DNA of 64,000 nucleotides from Candidatus Obscuribacteraceae bacterium (GTDB taxonomy: Bacteria > Cyanobacteriota > Vampirovibrionia > Obscuribacterales > Obscuribacteraceae): positions 128,001 through 192,000 of the forward strand of contig JBGAHS010000003.1 in NCBI GenBank assembly GCA_044226015.1, given 5' to 3'. Both the position numbers and the translations under genes were made by a program. Below are positions 39,767 through 49,373 of this stretch, piece by piece. Under the pieces are notes generated by a model. It made no database searches. It was not told the origin of the DNA and worked only from the letters and a program-made list of their open reading frames with translations. How positions within the stretch are numbered: the stretch's first letter is position 1; the number at the start of each line of letters is the position of its first letter.

Positions 39767-41395
39767 ATGACAGGCAACCCAATTAAAAGACTTATTTTGA
39801 CACTGGCAGCTACTGTCGGTGTCGTATCGCAAGCGCTGCCAGCTTATTCGGGACAGGCAGTTGGTATCGGAGTGGTGACTCCAATGCCCGCACCAATTCA
39901 TCGCGTTCATGTGGCGCCAAGAAAAGCAGTTCGAATTGCACCAAAGATCAAGAGAAACAAAGTAGCTGCTCCTGCAAGCAAGTCGAAAGCGACAAAAAAG
40001 GCAGCCCCAAAGAAGACAGCCCCTGCTAAGAAAGCGGTCATGCCGAGGGCTCCGCAGGAAGCCATCGTCGAACTCACTTCTAGAGTTCTGACACCGGGAG
40101 TGGTGCACAAGTGTCATCGCGGCGCACTGAACATAAACATTCTGGATGTTGATCTCAATAATCCAAACATCGAAGTCAAGCCGGTTTTAGCAGGCGAAAC
40201 CTTCAACCGACTCGATGAAGTGAAAGATCAAGCAAGTAAAGTCAACGCCATTGCTGCCATCAACGCAAACTATTTCAAGAAAGACGGAACTCCACTAGGC
40301 ACTCTGGTCATCGACGGTGAGTGGATTTCAGGACCTCTATACGATCGCATATCTTTCGGAATAACAAACAGCGGCTCAGTGCATGTCGACCGAGCCAACC
40401 TGCACGGGGTGCTGGAAACTTCCAACCCTGAACTTAAAACACTCTGGGTCAATAACATAAACCAGCCACGTCGACATGGTTGCAAAATTGTTGCCTACAC
40501 AAGACGCTGGGGCAGCCAGGTCAAAATGCCTTACGCAGGTTCACTGGTAGCAATTGATGGGCAAGGTCGCGTTGTCGACAAAGCGGCTCAGGTAATTTCG
40601 ATTCCTTACGGTGGATTTGTTCTTTCAGACACCAAATATAGTGTTATCAACAAACTTGAAAGAGGCGACCTTGTTTCACTTGATTGGCAAGAGAAGCCGG
40701 AATCATGGGCTGATGTTTTGCAAGCGGTTTCTGGCGGACCAGCCCTGATCAAGAATGGCAAGCTTTTTGTTGACTTGAAAGACGAGAATTTCAGAAAGAC
40801 CTGGACGAGCAGTTCAATTCATGCGCGCACCGCTCTTGGTGTCACAAGAAGCAACCACCTGATTTTAGCCACTATTGAAGGACCGCACACACTTTGGGAT
40901 GTTGCCAAAATGCTGCATCGCCTTGGTTGCGTCGAAGCGATGAATCTCGATGGTGGCGGCTCTACCACGATGGTCATCGGTGGACAAATCGTGACCCGCA
41001 ACAAGAATACTGCCCAAAGACGTGTCGCAGCTTCGTTGGCTATTGTGCCAAGGTCAGCCAATCGCGTTAACCTTGCAACTCGAAAAGTTGAACACTTCGA
41101 ACCTCAATCGGAAGATCTAAGTTCACTCGTGAGCAATGAGTCCGATCCACAAGTTGATATGCAAGCAGAAGGCATCGCCGACCCGCTAACAGCCCAGGCT
41201 CATGAGGCTCTTATCAACCCGAGCGCTCACAACGACTTCCTGAGCAATCAGGAGAGCATGCAAAAGCCTCAAGTTGTCGTTCAAGAAGAGCAAGAGCCTA
41301 AGAAGAAAAAAGGCAAATCTAAGTTCAGCTGGATGAAGAAGATGAAGCTCGGGGATATCCTGGAAAAGCTTCCCAGCCTTCCAAACATGTACTAG
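39767..41395 (+). CDS. Secreted phosphodiester glycosidase (NAGPA/DUF2233) family protein
   Basis: AIAAINANYF, AVSGGPALIKNG, HARTALG, AMNLDGGGSTTM; signal peptide. Confidence 0.88.
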   Translation: MTGNPIKRLILTLAATVGVVSQALPAYSGQAVGIGVVTPMPAPIHRVHVAPRKAVRIAPKIKRNKVAAPASKSKATKKAAPKKTAPAKKAVMPRAPQEAIVELTSRVLTPGVVHKCHRGALNINILDVDLNNPNIEVKPVLAGETFNRLDEVKDQASKVNAIAAINANYFKKDGTPLGTLVIDGEWISGPLYDRISFGITNSGSVHVDRANLHGVLETSNPELKTLWVNNINQPRRHGCKIVAYTRRWGSQVKMPYAGSLVAIDGQGRVVDKAAQVISIPYGGFVLSDTKYSVINKLERGDLVSLDWQEKPESWADVLQAVSGGPALIKNGKLFVDLKDENFRKTWTSSSIHARTALGVTRSNHLILATIEGPHTLWDVAKMLHRLGCVEAMNLDGGGSTTMVIGGQIVTRNKNTAQRRVAASLAIVPRSANRVNLATRKVEHFEPQSEDLSSLVSNESDPQVDMQAEGIADPLTAQAHEALINPSAHNDFLSNQESMQKPQVVVQEEQEPKKKKGKSKFSWMKKMKLGDILEKLPSLPNMY

Positions 41396-41401
41396 ATAGA
41401 T

Positions 41402-41926
41402 TCACCTATCTCGAATGTTGCTTATGGTAAGTTTGAGATCTTTCAGAAGCAGCCACATTCTTAAAGAATCAGCAGGAAATGGCTCGAAATCGAAGGCCGA
41501 GTAGAAAGATTTAGAATCTTCATTGAGAGCATCCACAATTACAGCCCTGATTGGTACTTCTTCCGAAATTGCTACGGCGCGAATCAATGCATGACGCAAG
41601 ATCCGCTCACCTAATTGCGTACCTCTAAATTTGACGTGCCTGGCCAATCTGGCTATTAAGAACACTGGAATCGGATGCTTGGCCAAACCCTTCTTAACAC
41701 GTTCTGGCGTCATATCAGTGTGCTCAACAGAGATTATGTTGAACGAGTAATAACCGACAACACTTTTTTGATCGTCATCAGTCACAACCATGGTTTTAGA
41801 GTGCCCTGCTAATTGACTTTGTAGCGCATGCTTTCTTAGCCAGTCAGCAAGTTCTTTGCCTTTATCTCCACAATCAAATTGACTCAAATCATGCTCTTTT
41901 GTGAGCAGCTTGGGTGGGGAAAACAT
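41402..41926 (-). CDS. GNAT toxin of type II TA system (AtaT/TacT family)
   Basis: HDLSQFDCG..LADWLRKHA, VVGYYS, PIPVFLIARLA, IVDALN...FY..FDF; coupled to upstream DUF1778 gene. Confidence 0.9.
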   Translation of the reverse strand: MFSPPKLLTKEHDLSQFDCGDKGKELADWLRKHALQSQLAGHSKTMVVTDDDQKSVVGYYSFNIISVEHTDMTPERVKKGLAKHPIPVFLIARLARHVKFRGTQLGERILRHALIRAVAISEEVPIRAVIVDALNEDSKSFYSAFDFEPFPADSLRMWLLLKDLKLTISNIRDR

Positions 41927-42252
41927 TATCTATAGTCGTCCCAATCATCTGATGCAGCAAGCTTCTTTTCTAACTTCGGAAGAACCTTAGCCGGTGAAGT
42001 CAACAAAGCTTCAATTTTTGCCCATTGCTCATTCGTCACTATCAACCTAGATTTTTCTTCCAAAACAGCTTTGGCTGCAACTACAGCTTGTTGCCTTATG
42101 AAGTTCGTTGGCGTGGTAGCAGTCAACTCAGCAGCTTGCTTTATCACGGCGTCTTCTTGTGGACTTAAGCGAATGTCAAACTTTTCAGTCTTTTGACCCT
42201 TCGCTGAATTCACCGCTCGGTCTTTGCGTGCACTTGTAGCCACTTCCGACAC
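41926..42252 (-). CDS. DUF1778 ribbon-helix-helix antitoxin (AtaR/TacA family)
   Basis: KTEKFDIRLSPQEDAVIKQAAEL...TNFI..AV..AKAVL...EQWAKIEALL..P; stop overlaps toxin start. Confidence 0.9.
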   Translation of the reverse strand: MSEVATSARKDRAVNSAKGQKTEKFDIRLSPQEDAVIKQAAELTATTPTNFIRQQAVVAAKAVLEEKSRLIVTNEQWAKIEALLTSPAKVLPKLEKKLAASDDWDDYR

Positions 42253-42495
42253 TCCCCATCAAAATATACGAAGCATATCATTTCGCCAGGACATTGTCCA
42301 GACAAAGGTGATTCTTTGAGAATTGTCCAAAAAAAACGGATTGCAAGCATCCCAAAGCCAACAGCAGCACTTATTCAAACCGCCTTAACAGTGTAATCAT
42401 CCTTCTGGGGCTCAGTCTTTAATCCTTTGGGTTATTGTCACGTCGAGCCTGCTGTGGGATGTTAAAGACAGATACGTCGAACTGGCCCCCTGTTC

Positions 42496-43170
42496 TTGCA
42501 GTGGTCACCCCGAGCCCAAAATGGTAATTCCGTGTCCAGACTCAACAAAAATGGAATATCTGCCCGAGCGGCTCTCTTAATAGTCAGCTGGATTGTCGCG
42601 TGTGGCTATGTTTTCACAATACTGCTGCGTTACGAAAGCCACGGACAGGTGGATGCGGCAGTGCCAGAGGTCAACGCAGAAACAAAAATCTCAGATCAGG
42701 AGAACGGCGAGTTCAAATTGATAATGTTCGCCCACCCGCGATGCCCCTGCACTGCTGCAAGCCTGACAGAGCTGCAAAAGCTACAAGCCAGAGTTCCAAA
42801 TCTCAAAATTTCTGTAGCCTTCATGCTGCCTTCCGGTCTAAAAGATTCAGATTGGACGAACTCCGCAAACTGGCAAAGCGCCAATGAAATGAGCGGAGTA
42901 AGCGTTATAAAAGATATCGACGGTCGCCTGGCACGAAAATTTGGGGCTGAGGTCTCCGGTTTTACAGTGGTCTATGACAGCGCAAATAAGCTGGTATTTT
43001 CCGGTGGCATAACGGCAGCTCGTGGACACGAAGGCGACAATGCTGGAGAGGACAAAATCATTGCTCTCTGCGCTTCGAAAAAAGTACCCGACCCAAAATC
43101 GCCAGCCTTCGGATGCAAGCTGAGCGATGACCAATCGCCAAACAAGGTATTTACCACATGCCTTCGATAA
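42496..43170 (+). CDS. RedB-like membrane-anchored thioredoxin-fold protein
   Basis: TM helix, then LIMFAHPRCPCTAASLTEL, FSGGITAARGHEGDNAG, FGC; start may be GTG 42532. Confidence 0.75.
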   Translation: MQWSPRAQNGNSVSRLNKNGISARAALLIVSWIVACGYVFTILLRYESHGQVDAAVPEVNAETKISDQENGEFKLIMFAHPRCPCTAASLTELQKLQARVPNLKISVAFMLPSGLKDSDWTNSANWQSANEMSGVSVIKDIDGRLARKFGAEVSGFTVVYDSANKLVFSGGITAARGHEGDNAGEDKIIALCASKKVPDPKSPAFGCKLSDDQSPNKVFTTCLR

Positions 43171-45761
43171 ATTTGAGCAGCTTGCAATCGGAGTTCGTGA
43201 AACACCGAGCACAAGAGTTACTCGAAGATCAACTCAGGTCACTCTCGGCAAAAACTGATCGACTTTTTTCATATTTGCTCATCGGTGAATGGCTTGCCGC
43301 AATCGTTCTTTCGATTTGGATTTCGCCTTTAACATGGGCGGGGCGATGCAGTGACATTCACATACACGTGTGGGTAGCAGTCATACTCGGCTCGATGATT
43401 TGCCTGCCACCAGTCGTGGTGGCGCACTATTGCCCCGGACAAGCTGTGTCCCGATATTTCATTGCGATTGGACAGATGCTTTATTCGGCGATGCTGATTC
43501 ACCTGACCGGGGGTCGTATTGAGTCTCACTTCCACATTTTTGGTTCGCTCGCATTCCTTAGCTTTTATCGCGACTGGAGAGTTTTAGTACCAGCAACGCT
43601 GGTTGTCATCGCTGACCATATACTCAGGGGCATCTATTTTCCTGAGTCAGTTTTTGGTGTGTACACCGTTCAACCCTGGCGCTGGCTAGAACATACCTGG
43701 TGGGTTTTGTTTGAAGATGCTTTTCTTGTGCAGAAATGTCGAAACAGCGTCAGAGACATGCTCATAATCACCGCCCGGCAAGCTGAGATTGAAGAGGTCA
43801 ACAGCAACATAGAAGAGATCGTGAAGTCTCGCACTGAGCAACTAAATAACATGGCAAAGATTGTAGAACAGTCGAGCGATGGCATACTCACGTGCACGGC
43901 TGACGGAACCATCGACAGCTGGAATAACGGCGCTCAGGGAGTTTTTGGTTATAAGGAATACGAGATAATTGGAAAGAATCTCTCCACATTGGTTCCCCCT
44001 GAAAAGGAGTCTCTTTTTCAAAACGAATTGAGAGAAAAACTCCAGCAGGGCAAACGAATAGACGCCATGGAGACCCGCCTTTTACATAAACAAGGTGTAG
44101 AGATAGATGTATTGTTATTTGCTGTTCCCTGGTTTAACGAATCAGGTGCGTACCGCGGTTGCTCTCTCACCCTGCACAATATATCCGCAAGAAAGGCGGC
44201 AGAGCGCCGAGTTTCCGAGTTCTATTCAATCGTTTCGCATGAACTACGCACGCCACTGACCTCAATTAGAGGAGTATTGGGGCTGCTAGAAAGTAGAACA
44301 GTCGAAGCCGAAACAGCCGAAGGCATGGAACTACTCGAAGTGGCCAGAACCAGCTCTGACAGACTTATACGATTAATCAACGACATGCTAGACCTGAAGA
44401 AAATCGAATCTGGCAAACTAGAATTGCGAAAAACAAAAATAGACGTCAAACACCTTCTTGCAAATGGGCTCGCCGCATTGTCTGGGGTCGCAGAAGAATA
44501 CAAAATCAACTTAGTGACCGAATGCCCGGAGCAGCTGCATGTTGAAGCCGACTGGGACAAAGCAACGCAAATTCTAACTAATCTGGTATCAAATGCAATC
44601 AAGTTTTCTCCATGCGGAGAAACGGTAAAAGTAATAGCAGAGCGCAAAGACTCAGTTGTTCGAATCTCGGTGTGTGACAATGGTCCAGGAATAGCAGCAA
44701 AAGACATCAATCGATTGTTTGATAAATTTCAACAGCTTGACTCATCGGACTCAAGAAATTTCGAAGGCACCGGGCTGGGTCTGGCAATATCGAAGGCTCT
44801 GACAGAAGAACATGGTGGAAATATTGGTGTAAGCAGCGAACTCAAAAAAGGCAGTACCTTCTGGTTCGAACTTAATTTACTTCCAGAGCAATTGAGTTCA
44901 AGCGGCGGTCACTCAAAAAACGCAAGAAAAGCGCTAATCGTGGAGAGCAATGCAACTCTTACCCAGGCTATAAGCAAGCACCTACAGAAGCACAACTTTT
45001 CTTTTGTAGTTGCCGACACCGTCGCGGCAGCAAAAGAGCAAATAAGCGCAGGCTTAGTGCCAGACCTTGTCTTGTTAGATTTGCAAATGCCAGACGAAAA
45101 TGGATTGCTCTTACTTGAATACATGAAAACGAAAGAACAGTTTCGCGATGTGCCTGTAATCGCAGTCAGCCACAACAACAAAGAAGAAGAGCCGCACCTG
45201 GAAGGGACGGCATTCTTCATGGATTGGATTTTTGACGCACGTGACGATGCAAGCAAAAACGAATCGATGCAATCACTCGAGAGGATGCTGAAATTCACAG
45301 CAAAATGTAAAGTCTTGATTGTGGATGACGACAGCGAACTTCGCAAGGTGATTGCAGCACAGCTAACTAGCATGGGGCTGGACTGCATTGAGGCGACTGA
45401 CGGAAAGGAAGGCTTGCAACTCATCGAATCTGAGGCACCAGATTTAGTTCTACTCGACTTAATCATGCCAGAGCTTGATGGGTTTGCCGTAGTTAACGAG
45501 CTGCGTCAATCAAAGCAGGGGTCGCAAATTCCCCTTATCATTTATAGCTGTAAAGATCTTGATCCAACGGAGAAGGAGGCACTCAAACTGGGGCTCACGA
45601 GATATCTAGTAAAAGGAGAAGCATCCTACAAAGACCTCATCGCTACGGTCGAGGAATTGATATCGCACACCAGCTCACGCATTAAAGCAGAAGCCGAAGC
45701 TAACAAAGCAAACCTGGCAAATGCAGATCGCAATTCAACATTAATGCACAATCCTAATTGA
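43158..45761 (+). CDS. Hybrid sensor histidine kinase: RedC-like membrane sensor, PAS, HisKA, HATPase, two receiver domains
   Basis: GGRIESHFHIFGSLAFLSFYRDWR sensor motif; SWNNGAQGVFGY (PAS); SHELRTPLTSI; NLVSNAIKF, DNGPGI, GTGLGL; LVLLDLQMP and LVLLDLIMP. Confidence 0.92.
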   Translation: MPSINLSSLQSEFVKHRAQELLEDQLRSLSAKTDRLFSYLLIGEWLAAIVLSIWISPLTWAGRCSDIHIHVWVAVILGSMICLPPVVVAHYCPGQAVSRYFIAIGQMLYSAMLIHLTGGRIESHFHIFGSLAFLSFYRDWRVLVPATLVVIADHILRGIYFPESVFGVYTVQPWRWLEHTWWVLFEDAFLVQKCRNSVRDMLIITARQAEIEEVNSNIEEIVKSRTEQLNNMAKIVEQSSDGILTCTADGTIDSWNNGAQGVFGYKEYEIIGKNLSTLVPPEKESLFQNELREKLQQGKRIDAMETRLLHKQGVEIDVLLFAVPWFNESGAYRGCSLTLHNISARKAAERRVSEFYSIVSHELRTPLTSIRGVLGLLESRTVEAETAEGMELLEVARTSSDRLIRLINDMLDLKKIESGKLELRKTKIDVKHLLANGLAALSGVAEEYKINLVTECPEQLHVEADWDKATQILTNLVSNAIKFSPCGETVKVIAERKDSVVRISVCDNGPGIAAKDINRLFDKFQQLDSSDSRNFEGTGLGLAISKALTEEHGGNIGVSSELKKGSTFWFELNLLPEQLSSSGGHSKNARKALIVESNATLTQAISKHLQKHNFSFVVADTVAAAKEQISAGLVPDLVLLDLQMPDENGLLLLEYMKTKEQFRDVPVIAVSHNNKEEEPHLEGTAFFMDWIFDARDDASKNESMQSLERMLKFTAKCKVLIVDDDSELRKVIAAQLTSMGLDCIEATDGKEGLQLIESEAPDLVLLDLIMPELDGFAVVNELRQSKQGSQIPLIIYSCKDLDPTEKEALKLGLTRYLVKGEASYKDLIATVEELISHTSSRIKAEAEANKANLANADRNSTLMHNPN

Positions 45762-45841
45762 GCAGAAATGTCACTGGCACAAATCCGCAGCAATTCAGGA
45801 TAGAATATCTCGGTCAAATGTAGTTGAGGACGTGACATCAC

Positions 45842-46804
45842 ATGCCTGAGAAGTACTCCATAGGAATTGATTTTGGTGGCACCAAAGTGCTGGCTGGCGT
45901 TGTAGAGATGTCCACTGGACGCATCGTTGCTACTTCGAAGAAGAAGACTCGCAACCCCAACGACATGAACGACGTAACCAAGCGGCTTACCACGGTTGTT
46001 GATGATGCGCTTTCTGAAGCAAAGTTAACAGCGAAAGACATCGTGGGCATCGGAATTGGGGCCGCCGGTATGGTCAATCGAGAAAAAGGAGTTTTGCTCA
46101 GCGCTGTCAACATGGGGCTGAATGAAATACCTTTGACAGAACCGCTCAGCCAATTTTATGGAGTTCCAGCAAAACTGGGCAACGATGTGGAAGTCGCAAC
46201 GCTCGGAGAAATGAAATTTGGCAGCGGCAAAGGCTGTGATAATTTCGTCTGCATTTTCGTGGGGACAGGCATCGGGTCAGGCATAGTAATAGACAACAAA
46301 ATTTTCCGTGGAACATCCGGCACCGCCGGAGAAATCGGACATACAGTACTTTACCCAAATGGAAAAGCCTGCGGATGCGGCTCTTACGGCTGCCTGGAAG
46401 CTTACGCATCACGAACAGCTGTTGCAAAATATGTGGCTAGCGAAATTGACCGCGGCCACCAATCAATGATTCAAGACAAAATCGATCACACAAAAGGCAT
46501 TTTGCGCTCGAAAGCAATCTCTCAAGCGCTGGAAGCAGGCGACCCCTTAGTGACTCGAGCAGTGACGGATGCTGCAAGATGCATGGGCATCGGACTTGCT
46601 TCTCTTATCAATTTCTTCAACCCCAAGAAGATTATTCTGGGCGGAGGTCTTGTTGAAGCAAGCGAAATGTATTTCAAGATAGCATCAGAGGAAGCAAGCG
46701 CTCGCTGCCTGAAGGTTGCCCGCAAAAAGGTAGATATTGCTAAAGCCGGACTCGGCGACAATTCCGGAATTGTCGGCGCAGCCATGCTACTTGAAAAAAA
46801 GTAG
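45842..46804 (+). CDS. ROK family sugar kinase (glucokinase-like)
   Basis: IGIDFGGTK, NDV, GTGIGSG, AGEIGH, CGCGSYGCLEAYAS, LGGG. Confidence 0.92.
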   Translation: MPEKYSIGIDFGGTKVLAGVVEMSTGRIVATSKKKTRNPNDMNDVTKRLTTVVDDALSEAKLTAKDIVGIGIGAAGMVNREKGVLLSAVNMGLNEIPLTEPLSQFYGVPAKLGNDVEVATLGEMKFGSGKGCDNFVCIFVGTGIGSGIVIDNKIFRGTSGTAGEIGHTVLYPNGKACGCGSYGCLEAYASRTAVAKYVASEIDRGHQSMIQDKIDHTKGILRSKAISQALEAGDPLVTRAVTDAARCMGIGLASLINFFNPKKIILGGGLVEASEMYFKIASEEASARCLKVARKKVDIAKAGLGDNSGIVGAAMLLEKK

Positions 46805-46822
46805 CCAAAATTTCACGAGTTT

Positions 46823-47013
46823 CTCAGCAATCAGAACCGAGCAATCAGAACTGAGCAATTAAAACTCAGCGAGTATCGAACAACTCCCCCTCAGCAATCA
46901 GAACTTACCACTGGCGAATCAGGGCTAGCTATCAGACTGCGCCATTAGCACTGGTGAAACAGAATCAGTGGTGAACTAGAATCACTGGCGACCAGTATCA
47001 GTGGCGAACAAAT
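46823..47013. repeat. Intergenic degenerate tandem repeats: 14-bp unit (ctcagcaatcagaa) and 16-17-bp unit (cactggtgaaacagaat)
   Basis: 14-mer at 46823, 46837, 46851, partial 46865 and again 46890; 17-mer at 46949, 46966, 46983, 46999, the last lying in the final codons of the radical SAM gene. Confidence 0.8.
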
Positions 47014-47927
47014 CGACTGCCTTGTCGACAACCTCGCCTTTCCATCTCGGCTCTGATTTTATCCATGGTAGTGAATTTGTCATAAGACCAGCTTGGTGCT
47101 ATCAGTTCGTCTTTGCTTCCTTCTGCAACCAGGCGCATGATTACCATTTCGGGTGGCAATAGCTCAAGAGCGTCGACAACAAGCTCAACGTAATAGTCCT
47201 CATCAAGCACGTTCAAAGTGCCGGCTCTGTAATCAGCTTCCATTGGCGCTTGTTTGTAGATGCAGAGCTGGTGAATCTTTAGCGCATCCACTTTGCTGTT
47301 TGCCACCAGCCGAACAGTCTCCATCATCATTTCACGGTCTTCACCTGGCAAACCGAATATCAAATGGGTGGCAACAGTCAGCCCGCGAGCCTTGGCGCGC
47401 TCTAGAGCATCAAAAAATTCCTCAGAGCTGTGCGCTCTATTAATAAGATCGAGCGTTTTGTTATGGGAAGTCTGCAATCCCATTTCAAGAAACACGAAAG
47501 TCTTCTCGTTGTATTCGGCGAGCATGTCGAGGATGTTATCAGGCACACAATCAGGTCGAGTTCCGATACATAGACCAACCATGTTGGGATGGTCGAGCCC
47601 TGTGTCATAAATAGCCCGCAGCAACCCCTCGGGAGCGTATGTATTTGTAAAGGCTTGAAAATATGCCATGAACTTATCGGCTTTGTAACGGTAGCGCACC
47701 CGTTCAATGCCGTCTAGAAGCTGCTGTTTCAGCCGGGAAGCACGCTCAATGGTTGGTGCACCCGACCCCCTTTCGTCACAAAATGTACATCCACCATAAG
47801 CCTTCTTGCCGTCACGGTTTGGACAGTCAAATCCCCCATCCAACGGAACTCGATAGACTTTGCTACCAAACTTTTCGATCAAATAGCTGTTAAAGCTTCG
47901 ATATTGAGGAAGAAGCTGCTGGGACAT
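46998..47927 (-). CDS. TIGR01212 family radical SAM protein (YhcC-like)
   Basis: GGFDCPNRDG....GGCTFC, YFQAFTNTY, IGTRPDC, EMGLQT, HLIFGLPGE, KIHQL. Confidence 0.92.
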   Translation of the reverse strand: MSQQLLPQYRSFNSYLIEKFGSKVYRVPLDGGFDCPNRDGKKAYGGCTFCDERGSGAPTIERASRLKQQLLDGIERVRYRYKADKFMAYFQAFTNTYAPEGLLRAIYDTGLDHPNMVGLCIGTRPDCVPDNILDMLAEYNEKTFVFLEMGLQTSHNKTLDLINRAHSSEEFFDALERAKARGLTVATHLIFGLPGEDREMMMETVRLVANSKVDALKIHQLCIYKQAPMEADYRAGTLNVLDEDYYVELVVDALELLPPEMVIMRLVAEGSKDELIAPSWSYDKFTTMDKIRAEMERRGCRQGSRFVRH

Positions 47928-47986
47928 GGATTCTCACCTTATTGACCATGTCATATTACACGAGTTATCAGTAGAACGATCGAAAG

Positions 47987-48016
47987 TTGACACCGACTCG
48001 TTATCTTTGTTATTCT
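47987..48016 (+). promoter_or_regulatory. Sigma70-type promoter for tRNA-Glu
   Basis: TTGACA (47987-47992), 18-bp spacer, TG-n-TATTCT (48008-48016), about 20 bp upstream of the tRNA. Confidence 0.6.
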
Positions 48017-48035
48017 GCTTCACCTGTGGTCGCCG

Positions 48036-48111
48036 GCCCCCATCGTCTAGAGGCCTAGGACACATCCCTTTCACGGATGCGACGCGGGTTCGAATCCCGC
48101 TGGGGGTACCA
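48036..48111 (+). tRNA. tRNA-Glu (anticodon UUC), CCA encoded
   Basis: Acceptor GCCCCCA/TGGGGGT-A-CCA; anticodon arm CATCC-CTTTCAC-GGATG; T arm GCGGG-TTCGAAT-CCCGC; 76 nt. Confidence 0.97.
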
Positions 48112-48132
48112 CTTATTAAAGATATTCAATGC

Positions 48133-48167
48133 ATCACTCCTGCCTGGCAGAGAGTGATTTTTGTTTT
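48133..48167 (+). terminator. Intrinsic terminator after tRNA-Glu
   Basis: ATCACTC-CTGCCTGGCAG-A-GAGTGAT hairpin followed by TTTTGTTTT. Confidence 0.7.
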
Positions 48168-48404
48168 AGGGATCTTTGTCAGGTGGGCAGAAATAATTCG
48201 ATTCAAGCATCCGGACAGCCGAATGATTAGCATATTCGTTCCCAGCATCTGGAGAGGAGAGCCAATATCAGATTGGATCCAGCAGCAACACTAGACCTAA
48301 TTGACCGGCCGTTCCAGCAGTATTCAGGCAAGCAGCTGGCTTCATCATCCCAGAGGCACACCGCAACTTCAGACCAGCCCCTCCCTGCACCACATACGGT
48401 GCCA

Positions 48405-49373
48405 TCAATTTCGAATGTGTTCAATGTCACCGAAATGGTGAAACTTGAAATCAGAACTTGTTGCAGTCTTTATTCGCCCAGGTTGCATAACAGTTCTTCT
48501 GTGTGACCCTTTAGGAAAGCGCAAAATCTGGGTTCCCTCAAGCGCTTGCACCGCCCGCAGTACCGCTCGGTCATATTTTGAAAAGCCGGAAGGTTCAAAA
48601 ATCTCCAGATTTTTTATATGTCCATCATCTGTAACGACGCAAGAAAAAGCAGCTCCTGTTCCAAGCGGATATCTGCTACTGATTGCACCTGTGCGAGGGT
48701 CAACACGCGGACGCTCGTAGTCTTCAGGGTCGGGATTGTTTACGTTTTCCTGCGTTCCCAATTGCACTGCACGCAAAAAACGATTGTGCCAGCGGTCCCA
48801 CTCGACCAATAATTCTGCGTCGTCTTCATCAGGGTCCGCGAAACGACCAGGCTTTCCGCCTTGCAGCTCTGTGCGACCTTGAAGCAATTTCGCATCATCT
48901 AAAGAAGGGTCCATATTTTTCAGTGCGGAATCGCTCAAGGAACCGCGAAGCTCATCATCAATGGCTTTGGTTTGTAGCCGTTCCTGCTCGTGGCTATCTA
49001 GCTGCGGCTCTTGCCTTTGAATTCGAAGAGAGCTGTGCGACTTTTCAATCTTACCCTCCAGGGGCTTCGCTCCTTGGTTAGTGCCGAATTCGCCAAGCGC
49101 CTCATTTTTTTCTGCATGATGCTTATTCGACTGATGCGCACTCGGAGTGGAGCCAGAGCCATCTCCATTCAGCGCGGAATTGCTTTCGAATCCCCGGCCT
49201 GAATTACTCACCGAGTGGCTCTTTTCAGAGTGGCTCTTTTCAGACTTGCTTTTTTCCACTTCCTGCTTTGGTGTGTCTTCATCCCAATCTGAAGCAAACA
49301 CAATGCCGGTCGCGACCAGTAGTGTTAACAGCGTTAGGCAACAAGCATGAAAAACCCGGACAGGACTGAACAT
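48405..49373 (-). CDS. Secreted/periplasmic protein with TonB C-terminal-like domain
   Basis: Signal peptide, disordered linker, C-terminal AAFSCVVTDDGHIKNLEIFEPSGFSKYDRAVLRAV...FP. Confidence 0.7.
   Translation of the reverse strand: MFSPVRVFHACCLTLLTLLVATGIVFASDWDEDTPKQEVEKSKSEKSHSEKSHSVSNSGRGFESNSALNGDGSGSTPSAHQSNKHHAEKNEALGEFGTNQGAKPLEGKIEKSHSSLRIQRQEPQLDSHEQERLQTKAIDDELRGSLSDSALKNMDPSLDDAKLLQGRTELQGGKPGRFADPDEDDAELLVEWDRWHNRFLRAVQLGTQENVNNPDPEDYERPRVDPRTGAISSRYPLGTGAAFSCVVTDDGHIKNLEIFEPSGFSKYDRAVLRAVQALEGTQILRFPKGSHRRTVMQPGRIKTATSSDFKFHHFGDIEHIRN

Noticed and set aside
46823..47013. Possible CRISPR array
   Set aside because: Units are 14-17 bp, directly tandem and degenerate with no unique spacers; no cas genes in the window.
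48112..48404. Integrative element or att site at tRNA-Glu
   Set aside because: No integrase, and no duplicate of the tRNA 3' end was seen in the window; the short ORFs here have no recognisable features.
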